DNA of 64,000 bases. Source: Terriglobia bacterium. Lineage in GTDB: Bacteria > Acidobacteriota > Terriglobia > JAJPHL01 > JAPKYU01. Under the pieces are notes generated by a model. The model was given only the letters and a program-made list of their open reading frames with translations. It did not search any database and was not told the origin of the DNA. The stretch is from NCBI GenBank assembly GCA_965206645.1, contig CBDBKE010000003.1:416001-480000 (forward strand). The letters run 5' to 3'. Shown here one piece after another: positions 1 to 8,125 of this stretch (the stretch's first letter is position 1; every line of letters starts with the position of its first letter). Both the position numbers and the translations under genes were made by a program.

Positions 1-177
1 ACCATCCAGCGGCGCATCAAGCAGCACCTGTTTATTTCGGTTTTCGGAAAAATGGAAGGGGACCGGAGCGTTCTTGAGACCGACCGGCAGGTGTTGAAGG
101 CGATCGAACTTCTGCCAAAGGCCAAAGAATTGGCGGAGACCGCTCGGCGCACTTTGGCGCAACAGCTGAACCGCTAG
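1..177 (+). CDS. 3' end of a gene entering the window, probably an S41 carboxyl-terminal protease tail
   Basis: Frame 1 is open from base 1: TIQRRIKQHLFISVFGKMEGDRSVLETDRQVLKAIELLPKAKELA...NR*. The D-x-Q-V-L-K-A-I-E-L tail resembles S41 peptidase C-termini. Confidence 0.5.
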   Translation, partial: TIQRRIKQHLFISVFGKMEGDRSVLETDRQVLKAIELLPKAKELAETARRTLAQQLNR

Positions 178-370
178 GAAACTGCCCGCCGGAAATCTAT
201 CCAACCGTGTGGTGGGAAATGGTGAAAGGCCCGCCTCGGGCCAAGTTCTCCTGGTTCTCGTTGACAGAATTGCACCGTAAGGTTACCGTCGCAGAAGATG
301 CATGGGAGAAGCTGGGGCGGGTACCCCGGGACCGCAAGGGGACAATGCTACCGAGAGAAGGATTGCTAAG

Positions 371-655
371 TTGGACGAGCAGCTGAAGCAGCTGATGAAG
401 GAGATGAGCGACGCGATCAACGAATCGCTGTTGGAATCTGAGCGGATTGGCGAAGTCATCGGCAACATCAAGCACGCCGGCTACGACGTCTTTCTGGTGC
501 TGGAAGCTAAGATCGGATTTAACCGGCGGGAAGAAAGCATCAAGAAAGAGCCGCTGAAGAGCGTGACGAATCCCTCGGGACGACTGCGGTTCACCACCCA
601 GGACACGAAATTCCTCAAGGCGTTGAAGATTTCCGTTGACGAAGACATGCACTAA
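371..655 (+). CDS. Small conserved hypothetical protein
   Basis: ORF 302..655 with likely TTG start at 371 (MDEQLKQLMKEMSDAINESL...GYDVFLVLEAKIGFN...FTTQDTKFLKALKISVD). Resembles a family I recall from Acidobacteria. Confidence 0.7.
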   Translation: MDEQLKQLMKEMSDAINESLLESERIGEVIGNIKHAGYDVFLVLEAKIGFNRREESIKKEPLKSVTNPSGRLRFTTQDTKFLKALKISVDEDMH

Positions 656-797
656 CCTCGCAACCCCCCCAAGACTTTCCCCGGATTCTCTCCCGTACGT
701 TCCTGATCGCAGGCAACCTTTTCCGCAGCTTGGTTCGCCGGTCCCACCGCAACGGAAGCCCGCGATGCTAACCACGAGAGGTCATCGTGACTTGAGG

Positions 798-825
798 TTG
801 ACACGGAGGGCGACGGGCGTATGCT
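798..825 (+). promoter_or_regulatory. Sigma70-like promoter upstream of the NHL gene
   Basis: TTGACA-16 nt-TATGCT. Confidence 0.45.
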
Positions 826-1004
826 TTTGGTCGAAGGGGAAGGGCAAATCGAAAATTCCGGATAACTACAGGTGTAACAACTAAGCCCGTCCGTTTGAAA
901 GCTGTGCTCGGTTGCACCCAAAGTGGGTGTATATTTTCAATCGCCGGAAGGCCGAAAAGGAAATTCCGGCTCCAATGCCGACCATCCTCCCCTCGGTAAG
1001 CGAC

Positions 1005-2597
1005 ATGACTCGTGTCCTCGGCTGCAGCATCTTGCTCGCAACAGCCGCTGCCGCGCAGGTATACACGATTGAGACCATCGCGGGAGGCGGAGATGGAGTT
1101 GGCGACGACGGCCCGGCTATCAGAGCCAAGTTGACAGAACCAACCGGTGTGGCGGTAGACGCCGCCGGCAACATCTACATTGCAGATCGGCACAATCACC
1201 GCGTACGCAAGGTCGACAGCTCAGGAACCATCAGCACCTTTGCGGGCACGGGGGTGGGCACGAGGGACTATGGTTTCAACGGGGATGGCGGACCAGCGGA
1301 CCGCGCCTTGTTGGCTTTCCCTGAAGGGGTGGTTGTGGACGCCGTGGGCAACGTCTACATCGCAGATACGGACAACCATCGTATCCGCATGGTCGATGCC
1401 TCGGGCATCATTCATACTATCGCGGGCTCGGGAGAGAGTGGTTTTGACGGGGACGACGGCCCGGCCATCAGTGCCTTGTTGAGCGAACCCAGCGGAGTGG
1501 CGACGGACGGGGCGGGCAACCTCTACATCGCCGATTCGAGGAACCACCGGATCCGCAAGGTCGACGCCTCGGGCATCATTCATACTATCGCGGGCACGGG
1601 GGTGGGAGGCGCCACAAGGGAGGGCGGTTTGGCCGTCGAGTCTGATCTATTTAGGCCTCTCGATGTGGCGGTGGACGGTGCTGGCAATATATACATCGCG
1701 GACTTCACTCGCATCTTCAAGGTCGACATCTCGGGTATAATCCGCACTTTCGGGGGGACGGGACGGGCGGAAACTGGCGCTAACGTCTTCGCCCCTCGCG
1801 GCGTGGCGGTAGACGCCGTCGGCAACGTCTACTTTACTAACCCTTCCTTACCCGGTATCCGCAAGGTTGACGTCTCGGGCGCCATTAGTACAGTCGTCGA
1901 ATTGGTGGAAGAGGATAATCTTCCCCGAGGTCTGGCGGTCGACACCTCCGGAATCGTTTACTTCACGGACATCATAAACTTTCGGGTTTACAAGGTCGAC
2001 GCCTCGGGTGCCCTGACCACCATCGCCGGCCTGGGAGTGGGGGACTATAGCGGGGACGGCGGCCCGGCCACGAAAGTCAAATTGGAATTTCCTAGAAACG
2101 TGGCGGTGGACGGCACGGGGAACGTGTATATCCAAGACTTCTCCCGCATTCGCAAGGTTGATGTTTCGGGCATCATTGACACTATCGCGGGCACGGGAGA
2201 AAGAGGCTTTGGCGGAGACGGCGGTCCGGCCACCAGTGCTTTGTTGACTTTCCCTCAAGGAGTGGCGACGGACGGCGCGGGCAACCTCTACATCGCAGAT
2301 GCGGAGAACCACCGCATTCGTGTGGTCGATAGCACGGGTGTCATTCGCACTATCGCGGGTACGGGAGAGGACGGGTTCGGCGGGGACGGCGGCCCGGCGG
2401 TCCAGGCCCAGCTAAACTACCCCCCTGGCGTGGCGCTGGACGATGCGGGCAACGTCTACATCGCCGATACGCACAACCACCGGATCCGAATCCTGACGCC
2501 TGCCGGTGGTGAGCGAGCGCCACTGTTAGAAGAAATACGCGGTCTTCTTCGACTACGATCTGCGGTCCCGACACGCACGTTAGGAGGGAAAAAGTGA
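1005..2597 (+). CDS. Secreted NHL-repeat beta-propeller protein
   Basis: Signal peptide MTRVLGCSILLATAAAAQ, then ~9 repeats of P-x-GVAVDxxGNxYIADxxNHRIRKVD-x-SG-I-x-TIAG with GDGGPA linkers. Confidence 0.9.
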   Translation: MTRVLGCSILLATAAAAQVYTIETIAGGGDGVGDDGPAIRAKLTEPTGVAVDAAGNIYIADRHNHRVRKVDSSGTISTFAGTGVGTRDYGFNGDGGPADRALLAFPEGVVVDAVGNVYIADTDNHRIRMVDASGIIHTIAGSGESGFDGDDGPAISALLSEPSGVATDGAGNLYIADSRNHRIRKVDASGIIHTIAGTGVGGATREGGLAVESDLFRPLDVAVDGAGNIYIADFTRIFKVDISGIIRTFGGTGRAETGANVFAPRGVAVDAVGNVYFTNPSLPGIRKVDVSGAISTVVELVEEDNLPRGLAVDTSGIVYFTDIINFRVYKVDASGALTTIAGLGVGDYSGDGGPATKVKLEFPRNVAVDGTGNVYIQDFSRIRKVDVSGIIDTIAGTGERGFGGDGGPATSALLTFPQGVATDGAGNLYIADAENHRIRVVDSTGVIRTIAGTGEDGFGGDGGPAVQAQLNYPPGVALDDAGNVYIADTHNHRIRILTPAGGERAPLLEEIRGLLRLRSAVPTRTLGGKK

Positions 2598-2695
2598 TGA
2601 ACTCCGCAAGAGCAAAGCCCTCGGGGACGGTTGTGGTTGAACGCGGTCCGGTCAGCCTGGCCGTAGATTCAAAAAGAAGAGAAGGATGGAGAGGA

Positions 2696-3310
2696 ATGTT
2701 CAAATTCAATCTGTTTGCGGCCATGCTATGTCTGTTAACCCTAAACTTGATGGCGCAAACCGTGCCGCGGCCCGCAGGTCCCTACTTCGAGCCACTCCTG
2801 GATTGGCAATACAGAGCAGGAATATCGAAGCGCGACATCGTGATCGCCCCCGGCGACAGCATCATTCCCCAGATTGCAAACAGTGGGACCCCGCAAAACG
2901 GGGGATTCTTTATGATCTTCCAGGCCAGTAATGTCTCGACGACCATGGCGACGTTCCAAGTGGACTTCTTCGACCCGAACGGGGAATCCATGAACATGCC
3001 ACTCGCAACAAGTCCCGATGACCTGACTGGCACACCTGCCCGTGGATTTCAGGGGGCCCTCTCCCCGGGCGGTTACGGTGCGCAAGTTACGATTCCAGAC
3101 GGCTCTCCCACGGCCATTGGTTATGCCGTGGTGACCATGAATCCGGCCAAATCGGTTGCAGTCAACGCGACGTTCTTGCAGTTAGTTCCAGGGCACCCGC
3201 TGTTTATGGCCGGCGTGCCACTGTCGAACGTCCTTCACAAGACGGCATTCATGCCGTACCTGTCAGGGGCTGGGTTCACTCCCACCCTGGCTTTGGTGTC
3301 GCTGCAGTCT
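2696..3310 (+). pseudogene. 5' part of a secreted protein gene cut by IS3 (segment 1 of 3)
   Basis: RBS GGAGAGG and signal peptide MFKFNLFAAMLCLLTLNLMAQ. The frame ends exactly at the IS3 IRL (3311); it continues on the minus strand at 8125. Confidence 0.85.
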
Positions 3311-3377
3311 TGACCTGACCGGCACTTTTTGTACCAAGTGGAAAGAGAGAGAATCCACTTGAGGAGGAAGTGAGGTC

Positions 3378-3656
3378 ATGCCGACAAGGAGTTACAAGCC
3401 GGAGCAGATTGTAGCGGTGCTACGGCAGATAGAAGTGCAGATGGGGAACGGGAAGACTGCGCCCCAAGCCTGCAAAGAAGCTGGAATCCACACCCAAACC
3501 TACTACCGGTGGCGGAAGGAATACGGCGGGCTGAAGGTGGTGCAGGCAAAACGGCTAAAGGAGTTGGAGAAGGAAAACACGCGGCTGAAGCGGTTGGTAG
3601 CGGAGCTTTCTCTGGAGAAGCAGGTACTGCGGGATGTGGCACAGGGAAACTTCTGA
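3378..3656 (+). CDS. IS3 OrfA (HTH)
   Basis: 92 aa with YYRWRKEYGGL...RLKELEKENTRLKRLVAELSL. Slippery G GGA AAC at 3644-3650 supports -1 frameshifting into OrfB. Confidence 0.93.
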   Translation: MPTRSYKPEQIVAVLRQIEVQMGNGKTAPQACKEAGIHTQTYYRWRKEYGGLKVVQAKRLKELEKENTRLKRLVAELSLEKQVLRDVAQGNF

Positions 3657-4603
3657 GCCCTGAGCGGCGGCGTTGTGCGGTGGAGCGTGCGTGGGAGCAA
3701 CACGGGTTGTCGGAACGGCATGCCTGCCGGCTGCTGGGGCAATGGCGAGGGACACAACGATACGAGCCGATTCATCGGGTGGACGAGGATGCTCTGACCC
3801 GAGCGATCATTGCCCTGGGAGCGAAGTACGGGCGATATGGCTACCGGAGGATCACAGCGTTGCTGCGGAGTGCGGGCTGGGAAGTGGGCAAGGACCGGGT
3901 GCAGCGGATTTGGCGGCGGGAAGGGCTGAAAGTGCCGCAAAAACAAAGGCCGCGAGGACGGCTGTGGCTGAACGACGGTTCCTGTGTACGACTGAGGCCG
4001 GAGCGACCGAACCACGTGTGGAGCTACGACTTCATGAGTGCCAGAACGCACGAGGGGAGAACGCTGCGGCTGCTGACCTTGCTGGATGAGTACACGCGGG
4101 AATGCCTGGCGATCCGGGTGGAGCGGAGGATGGGCAGCCAACAAATCATTGAGGCGTTGTCGGACGTGATGTTGTGGCGAGGGATACCGGAACAGATTCG
4201 ATCCGACAATGGTCCCGAGTTCATCGCCAAACAACTGCGCCAGTGGTTGGCAAATCTAGGGACCGGGACACTGTACATCGAACCGGGCAGTCCCTGGGAG
4301 AACGGGTACTGCGAGAGTTTCAATGGGAAGCTGCGGGACGAATGCCTGAATGGAGAGATCTTTTACTCCTTGAAGGAGGCACAGGTGGTGATTGAACAGT
4401 GGAGGGTGCAATACAACACGGTGCGGCCGCACTCGGCGCTCGGCTATAGGCCCCCGGCGCCGGGGGCCTATAGAGCCTGTGTGGAAACTCGGTTTAGCTG
4501 GCTGGAAATCAAAAGGGATCATGATTCGCTCCAGAATTCTGGTGTTTCGATCTTCGCCGAGTCGCCGGTCCGGGAGTCTGCTGAACTAGCCTTCCTGATT
4601 TAG
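3653..4603 (+). CDS. IS3 OrfB DDE transposase, C-terminal tail replaced by IS1182-derived sequence
   Basis: WSYDF, SDNGPEF, ENGYCESFNGKLRDE and YNTVRPHSALGY motifs. The native tail is displaced to 5871-5920. Confidence 0.9.
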   Translation: MSPERRRCAVERAWEQHGLSERHACRLLGQWRGTQRYEPIHRVDEDALTRAIIALGAKYGRYGYRRITALLRSAGWEVGKDRVQRIWRREGLKVPQKQRPRGRLWLNDGSCVRLRPERPNHVWSYDFMSARTHEGRTLRLLTLLDEYTRECLAIRVERRMGSQQIIEALSDVMLWRGIPEQIRSDNGPEFIAKQLRQWLANLGTGTLYIEPGSPWENGYCESFNGKLRDECLNGEIFYSLKEAQVVIEQWRVQYNTVRPHSALGYRPPAPGAYRACVETRFSWLEIKRDHDSLQNSGVSIFAESPVRESAELAFLI

Positions 4604-5866
4604 CTTCGGTTTGTTGCGCCACAGGCGGGTGAGGTTGAAGGCCGTTGCGGCCAGCGCGAACTCCACCGCGACCTTCTCCAGGCCCCGCCGCCGGAACTGC
4701 CGCATTCCACGCTGTTCTTTCAAAACCCCGATCACTGGTTCCACGATCGCCTTGCGCCGCTGATAAACCGCCCGGCCGGCCGGGTCGCGCAGCTTGCGTC
4801 GCATTCGCCGATGTTCCGGATGCCGTACAGCAGGTGCTCCGGGCGCGCGTTGGCCTCGGTTCAGTTCCCGCGCCAAGTTCGAGTCGGGCACATAGACGTC
4901 CAGGCCACGCTGGGCCAGTTCCACGATGGTCTCCAAGCAAAAGAAGCCGCTGTCGGCGCTGACCTTCTGCGGGCGTTCCCGGCAGCGCCGCTCGACCGCC
5001 TCCACCAGAGGGACCAGCGTCGCGTTGTCGGTGGCGTTTTGCCCCACGTGCTGCTCGACAATCAGATGATCTTCGCTGACCGCCACCTCCGCCGTGTAAC
5101 CCAGCGTGAATCCCTTGCGGTCGCGCAAAAACCGGCTGTCGGGATCGGTTTCCGAACGCCGCTTCAGCCCGCTTTTGCGCAACCGCTCCAGGCATCGCGG
5201 GATTTCTTCCAGCCGCTTCTCCAGCGCTGCCATCTGCTTGCCGCTCAGTTGCTGGCCAGCCGCTTCCTCGCAGGACTGCGTGTCACATTGTTTCTGCCAG
5301 CGACGAATCTGCCGCCGAATTTTGGCTCGCTCTGCCCTCAACTTGGCCACCGTCTCCACCCGGTCCTGCGAGGCGTTGGCCGCCACCCGCGTCGAGTCCA
5401 TGGCCACGTGTCCCAGCCGCCCCATCCCCAGCGACCGCGCCAACTCCACCACCTGTGTGAACAGATCGTTCAGGGCACGGGCGTGCCGCGTCCGAAACTG
5501 GTTCAGCGTCCAAAAGTCCGGCCCCGCTCCGGCCGCCAGATAACGGAACGCCAGGTCCTCCCGCACCCGCTGTTCCAGACGGCGGGCCGAGGTCACGCCC
5601 AGCGCGTAGGCATACAGCCACACCTTCAGCAACAGCGCCGGATGATAGGCCGGGCGGCCTTCTTCCACGTAGCCCTGCTCAAACGCACTCAGTTCCAGCC
5701 GCTCCACGACTTGGTGCACAAAAAAACAGATGTGATCTTCTCCCAGCACCTCCCGCACGCTGGGCGGTAGCAGATACGCTTGCTCCGGGTTGTAGGTCAA
5801 GAATTTCATCGCGCCCCCTTAAGGCGCATTATACGTGACTCGCAAGAGCGGTTTTCACACAGACTC
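4473..5866 (-). mobile_element. IS1182-family element copy A (1394 bp)
   Basis: Terminal IRs GAGCCTGTGTGGAAAC / GTTTTCACACAGACTC and 4-bp TSD TATA (4469-72, 5867-70). Confidence 0.93.
4586..5809 (-). CDS. IS1182-family transposase
   Basis: GRPAYHPALLLKVWLYAY, SARRLE, PDFWT, MDST, TDPDS, ADSGF and YQRRKAIVEPVIG motifs. Confidence 0.92.
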   Translation of the reverse strand: MKFLTYNPEQAYLLPPSVREVLGEDHICFFVHQVVERLELSAFEQGYVEEGRPAYHPALLLKVWLYAYALGVTSARRLEQRVREDLAFRYLAAGAGPDFWTLNQFRTRHARALNDLFTQVVELARSLGMGRLGHVAMDSTRVAANASQDRVETVAKLRAERAKIRRQIRRWQKQCDTQSCEEAAGQQLSGKQMAALEKRLEEIPRCLERLRKSGLKRRSETDPDSRFLRDRKGFTLGYTAEVAVSEDHLIVEQHVGQNATDNATLVPLVEAVERRCRERPQKVSADSGFFCLETIVELAQRGLDVYVPDSNLARELNRGQRAPGAPAVRHPEHRRMRRKLRDPAGRAVYQRRKAIVEPVIGVLKEQRGMRQFRRRGLEKVAVEFALAATAFNLTRLWRNKPKLNQEG

Positions 5867-5958
5867 TATAGCCCTCCCCTGCCACTGAAACCAGTTTCAC
5901 AGCCCCAGGCTGCGATGTAAACTCTCACTACGGTTGGTACAAAAAATCGGTCTGGTCA

Positions 5959-6010
5959 GTCGAATCAAACGTAAGGCTGGCCGTACAGCGATCACCGTCA
6001 TCGTAGTTAA
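5959..6010 (-). pseudogene. Segment 3 of the scrambled secreted-protein gene
   Basis: Reads NYDDGDRCTASLTFDS, in frame with ...TGTLTF from 7670 once IS1380 and one TTAA are removed. Confidence 0.75.
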
Positions 6011-6115
6011 CCCGGATTTCCGTTTTGAAACTCCAAAGCTAACCTTATACTGACCTCCGACGCCAATATTTATGCCGGTTCCAGCGTCAATACAGCTTCC
6101 GGAGGTAGAAACCGA

Positions 6116-7444
6116 GTGGGTGAGAGGCAAAATCAGCCCTTTCAGTTCTCTTTCAATGCTGCATTGAAGGTCGATTTCCAGGGGTCGCGGGTTACTTCCG
6201 ACGGCGGCCTGATCCTCGTGCGCGAATCAGACGAACATTTGGGATTCGGAGAACTCATCAAACAGCACTTGGCCGATCCTCGGAGAAAGAACACACGGTT
6301 GCCCTTTGCTGACCTCCTGCGCCAGTCCGTGTACAGCCGCTTGGCGGGTTACGAAGATATGAATGACGCGGAACGGCTCTCTCAAGATCCGACGTTCCGG
6401 CTGATCGGTTCAGAAAAGATCTGGGAGCGAGGAGCCGCGTTGACTTCCCGGCTGCAATCGTTCGAGACAGAACTACTGACGCAAGATGAGAACCTGGCTG
6501 GTTTGGCAGCGATCAACCGGGATTTAATCGCCAGGGCGGAAGCTATGGATTCCCCGCAACGGGTGGTGCTGGACATGGACTCGACCGAGATTCCGGTCTA
6601 CGGCCAGCAGGAGCAGAGTGCCTACAACGGGCATTTCGAGTCGAGCTGCTATCACCCGTTGTTGCTGTTCAATCGCGAGGGTGACTGTCTGGCGGCCAAG
6701 CTGCGACCGGGCAACGTGCACAGCGCCGAGGACTGGAAAGAACTTCTCCTGCCGGAGATCGAGCGGCAGCAGCAGCTGGGCAAGGAAGTGGTGTTTCGTG
6801 CCGACGCGGCCTTTGCCAAGCCGGAGATTTACGAGGCTCTGGAGGAGCGGGAGGTAAAGTACGCCATCCGCATCCCGGCTAACGACAGCCTACAGCGGGA
6901 CATTGAGGAGTTGCTGACTCGGCCGGTGGGGAGACCCAGCAAGAAGCCGTTGGTGGAGTTCAAGGGCTTTCTATACCAAGCGGCCAGTTGGAAGACAGCC
7001 CGCAGGGTGGTGGCCAAGGTGGAGCATCATCCAGGGGAGCTGTTCCCGCGAGTAGGGTTTATCGTTACGAACTTGACTCTGCCAAGTCGGGCGGTGATGC
7101 GGTTTTACAACAAGCGGGGGACAGCGGAGCAGTGGATCAAAGAAGGAGAGCAAGCAGTGAAGATGACGCGGCTCAGTTGTCACCGGTTCCGGTCGAACGA
7201 GGTCCGGCTGTGGCTCACCATCATTGCCTATAATCTCGGCAACCTGTGGCGGCGACTGGTGCTGCCACAGAGAATCGGGAACTGGTCCCTGACGAGCTTG
7301 CAACAGCGGTTGGTGAAAACGGGAGGACGGCTGGTGAAACATGCGCGATATTACTGGCTTTTGCTGGCCGAAGGGCACTTGAGCCGGAGGCTGTTCAGCA
7401 GCATGCTGCGAACGATCTCGGCACTGCCGCTGCCAGACGGCTAG
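6116..7444 (+). CDS. IS1380-family transposase
   Basis: TSDGGL, LDMDST, YNGHF...YHPL, RADAAF and YNKRGTAEQWIKEG motifs. Confidence 0.93.
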   Translation: MGERQNQPFQFSFNAALKVDFQGSRVTSDGGLILVRESDEHLGFGELIKQHLADPRRKNTRLPFADLLRQSVYSRLAGYEDMNDAERLSQDPTFRLIGSEKIWERGAALTSRLQSFETELLTQDENLAGLAAINRDLIARAEAMDSPQRVVLDMDSTEIPVYGQQEQSAYNGHFESSCYHPLLLFNREGDCLAAKLRPGNVHSAEDWKELLLPEIERQQQLGKEVVFRADAAFAKPEIYEALEEREVKYAIRIPANDSLQRDIEELLTRPVGRPSKKPLVEFKGFLYQAASWKTARRVVAKVEHHPGELFPRVGFIVTNLTLPSRAVMRFYNKRGTAEQWIKEGEQAVKMTRLSCHRFRSNEVRLWLTIIAYNLGNLWRRLVLPQRIGNWSLTSLQQRLVKTGGRLVKHARYYWLLLAEGHLSRRLFSSMLRTISALPLPDG

Positions 7445-7603
7445 CGAACCGGGAGAGAGGGTAATTTTAGGTGCTCAGAAGTGGTCGGGCCGGATAAGTG
7501 TCAGCGGCGCGGCAGGCTGGGCAGGCGAACCCCGCACAGCGACTCCGAAGAACAGCCAAAATGTGCCGCACTACCACCTCAAAGAGGCCAGAGCTGTTTG
7601 CGG

Positions 7604-7632
7604 TTGACACGACAGGGTACGAGGCATAGCTT
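7604..7632 (+). promoter_or_regulatory. Outward-facing promoter near the IS1380 right end
   Basis: TTGACA-17 nt-TAGCTT just inside IRR. Outward promoters are known for the ISEcp1/IS1380 family. Confidence 0.5.
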
Positions 7633-7669
7633 TTCGGGTGAAGAGGAAGCTCGAAATGGAAATTCCGGG

Positions 7670-8125
7670 TTAAACGTTAACGTTCCCGTATTCGAACCTG
7701 TGTTCCGATAGGTATAGCTTCCCGTATAGGTGTCCGCGCCCTCGGTTTCCCTGAAACGCCCAGGACTGACAAAATCCACATAGGCTGTCGGGTAGTTCGT
7801 CGCTCCCCGTTTACCAACGAAGAGATCGTTGAACGCAGCTTCGTCTGCCGGAGCGAACATCTCGCCCGTAACTCGCGCCAAGCTCGTCCAGATCGGCTGG
7901 GTCACAAACGCTCCTTCGTCATGCGCTTTAAAGCCAATCCCTGTTATGGAGCCAGGCAACAGAGGATCTCCGCGAATTTCAAGCGTTCCCTCCGACGTAG
8001 ACGTACAGGAAAGAACGTCCCTTAACAGGAACGCTCGGTGATGCCTGGCACCGAAGTTCATTGTGGCTCTACAGAGTTCGGCCCCGTCAAAGCCGGTGCG
8101 CGCAATCAGTGTCACATCCTGAGAC
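7670..8125 (-). pseudogene. Segment 2 (inverted) of the scrambled secreted-protein gene
   Basis: Begins with the GTCT TSD mate of 3307-3310 and reads SQDVTLIARTGFDG...YRNTGSNTGTLTFN, in frame with segment 1. Confidence 0.85.

Larger units (their letters stand above)
3311..5958 (+). mobile_element. IS3-family element copy 1 (1250 bp core), interrupted by IS1182
   Basis: IRL TGACCTGACCGGCACTTTTTGTACCAA and IRR TTGGTACAAAAAATCGGTCTGGTCA. OrfA/OrfB organisation. The flanks GTCT / GTCG do not match. Confidence 0.95.
6011..7669 (+). mobile_element. IS1380-family element copy 1 (1659 bp)
   Basis: IRs CCCGGATTTCCGTTTTGA / TCGAAATGGAAATTCCGGG and TSD TTAA (6007-10, 7670-73). Near-identical copy at 59042-60700. 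Confidence 0.93.

Noticed and set aside
836-900. c-di-GMP-I riboswitch (GGGCAAA...GAAA)
   Set aside because: The downstream GACGCAAA motif and second stem are not present.
1080-2500. CRISPR-like or DGR-like repeats
   Set aside because: These are in-frame coding NHL repeats. There are no spacers and no reverse transcriptase in the window.
3503-5770. Long antisense ORFs over IS3 and IS1182 (243, 319, 228 aa)
   Set aside because: Shadow frames of GC-rich transposase genes, repeated identically in the other copies.
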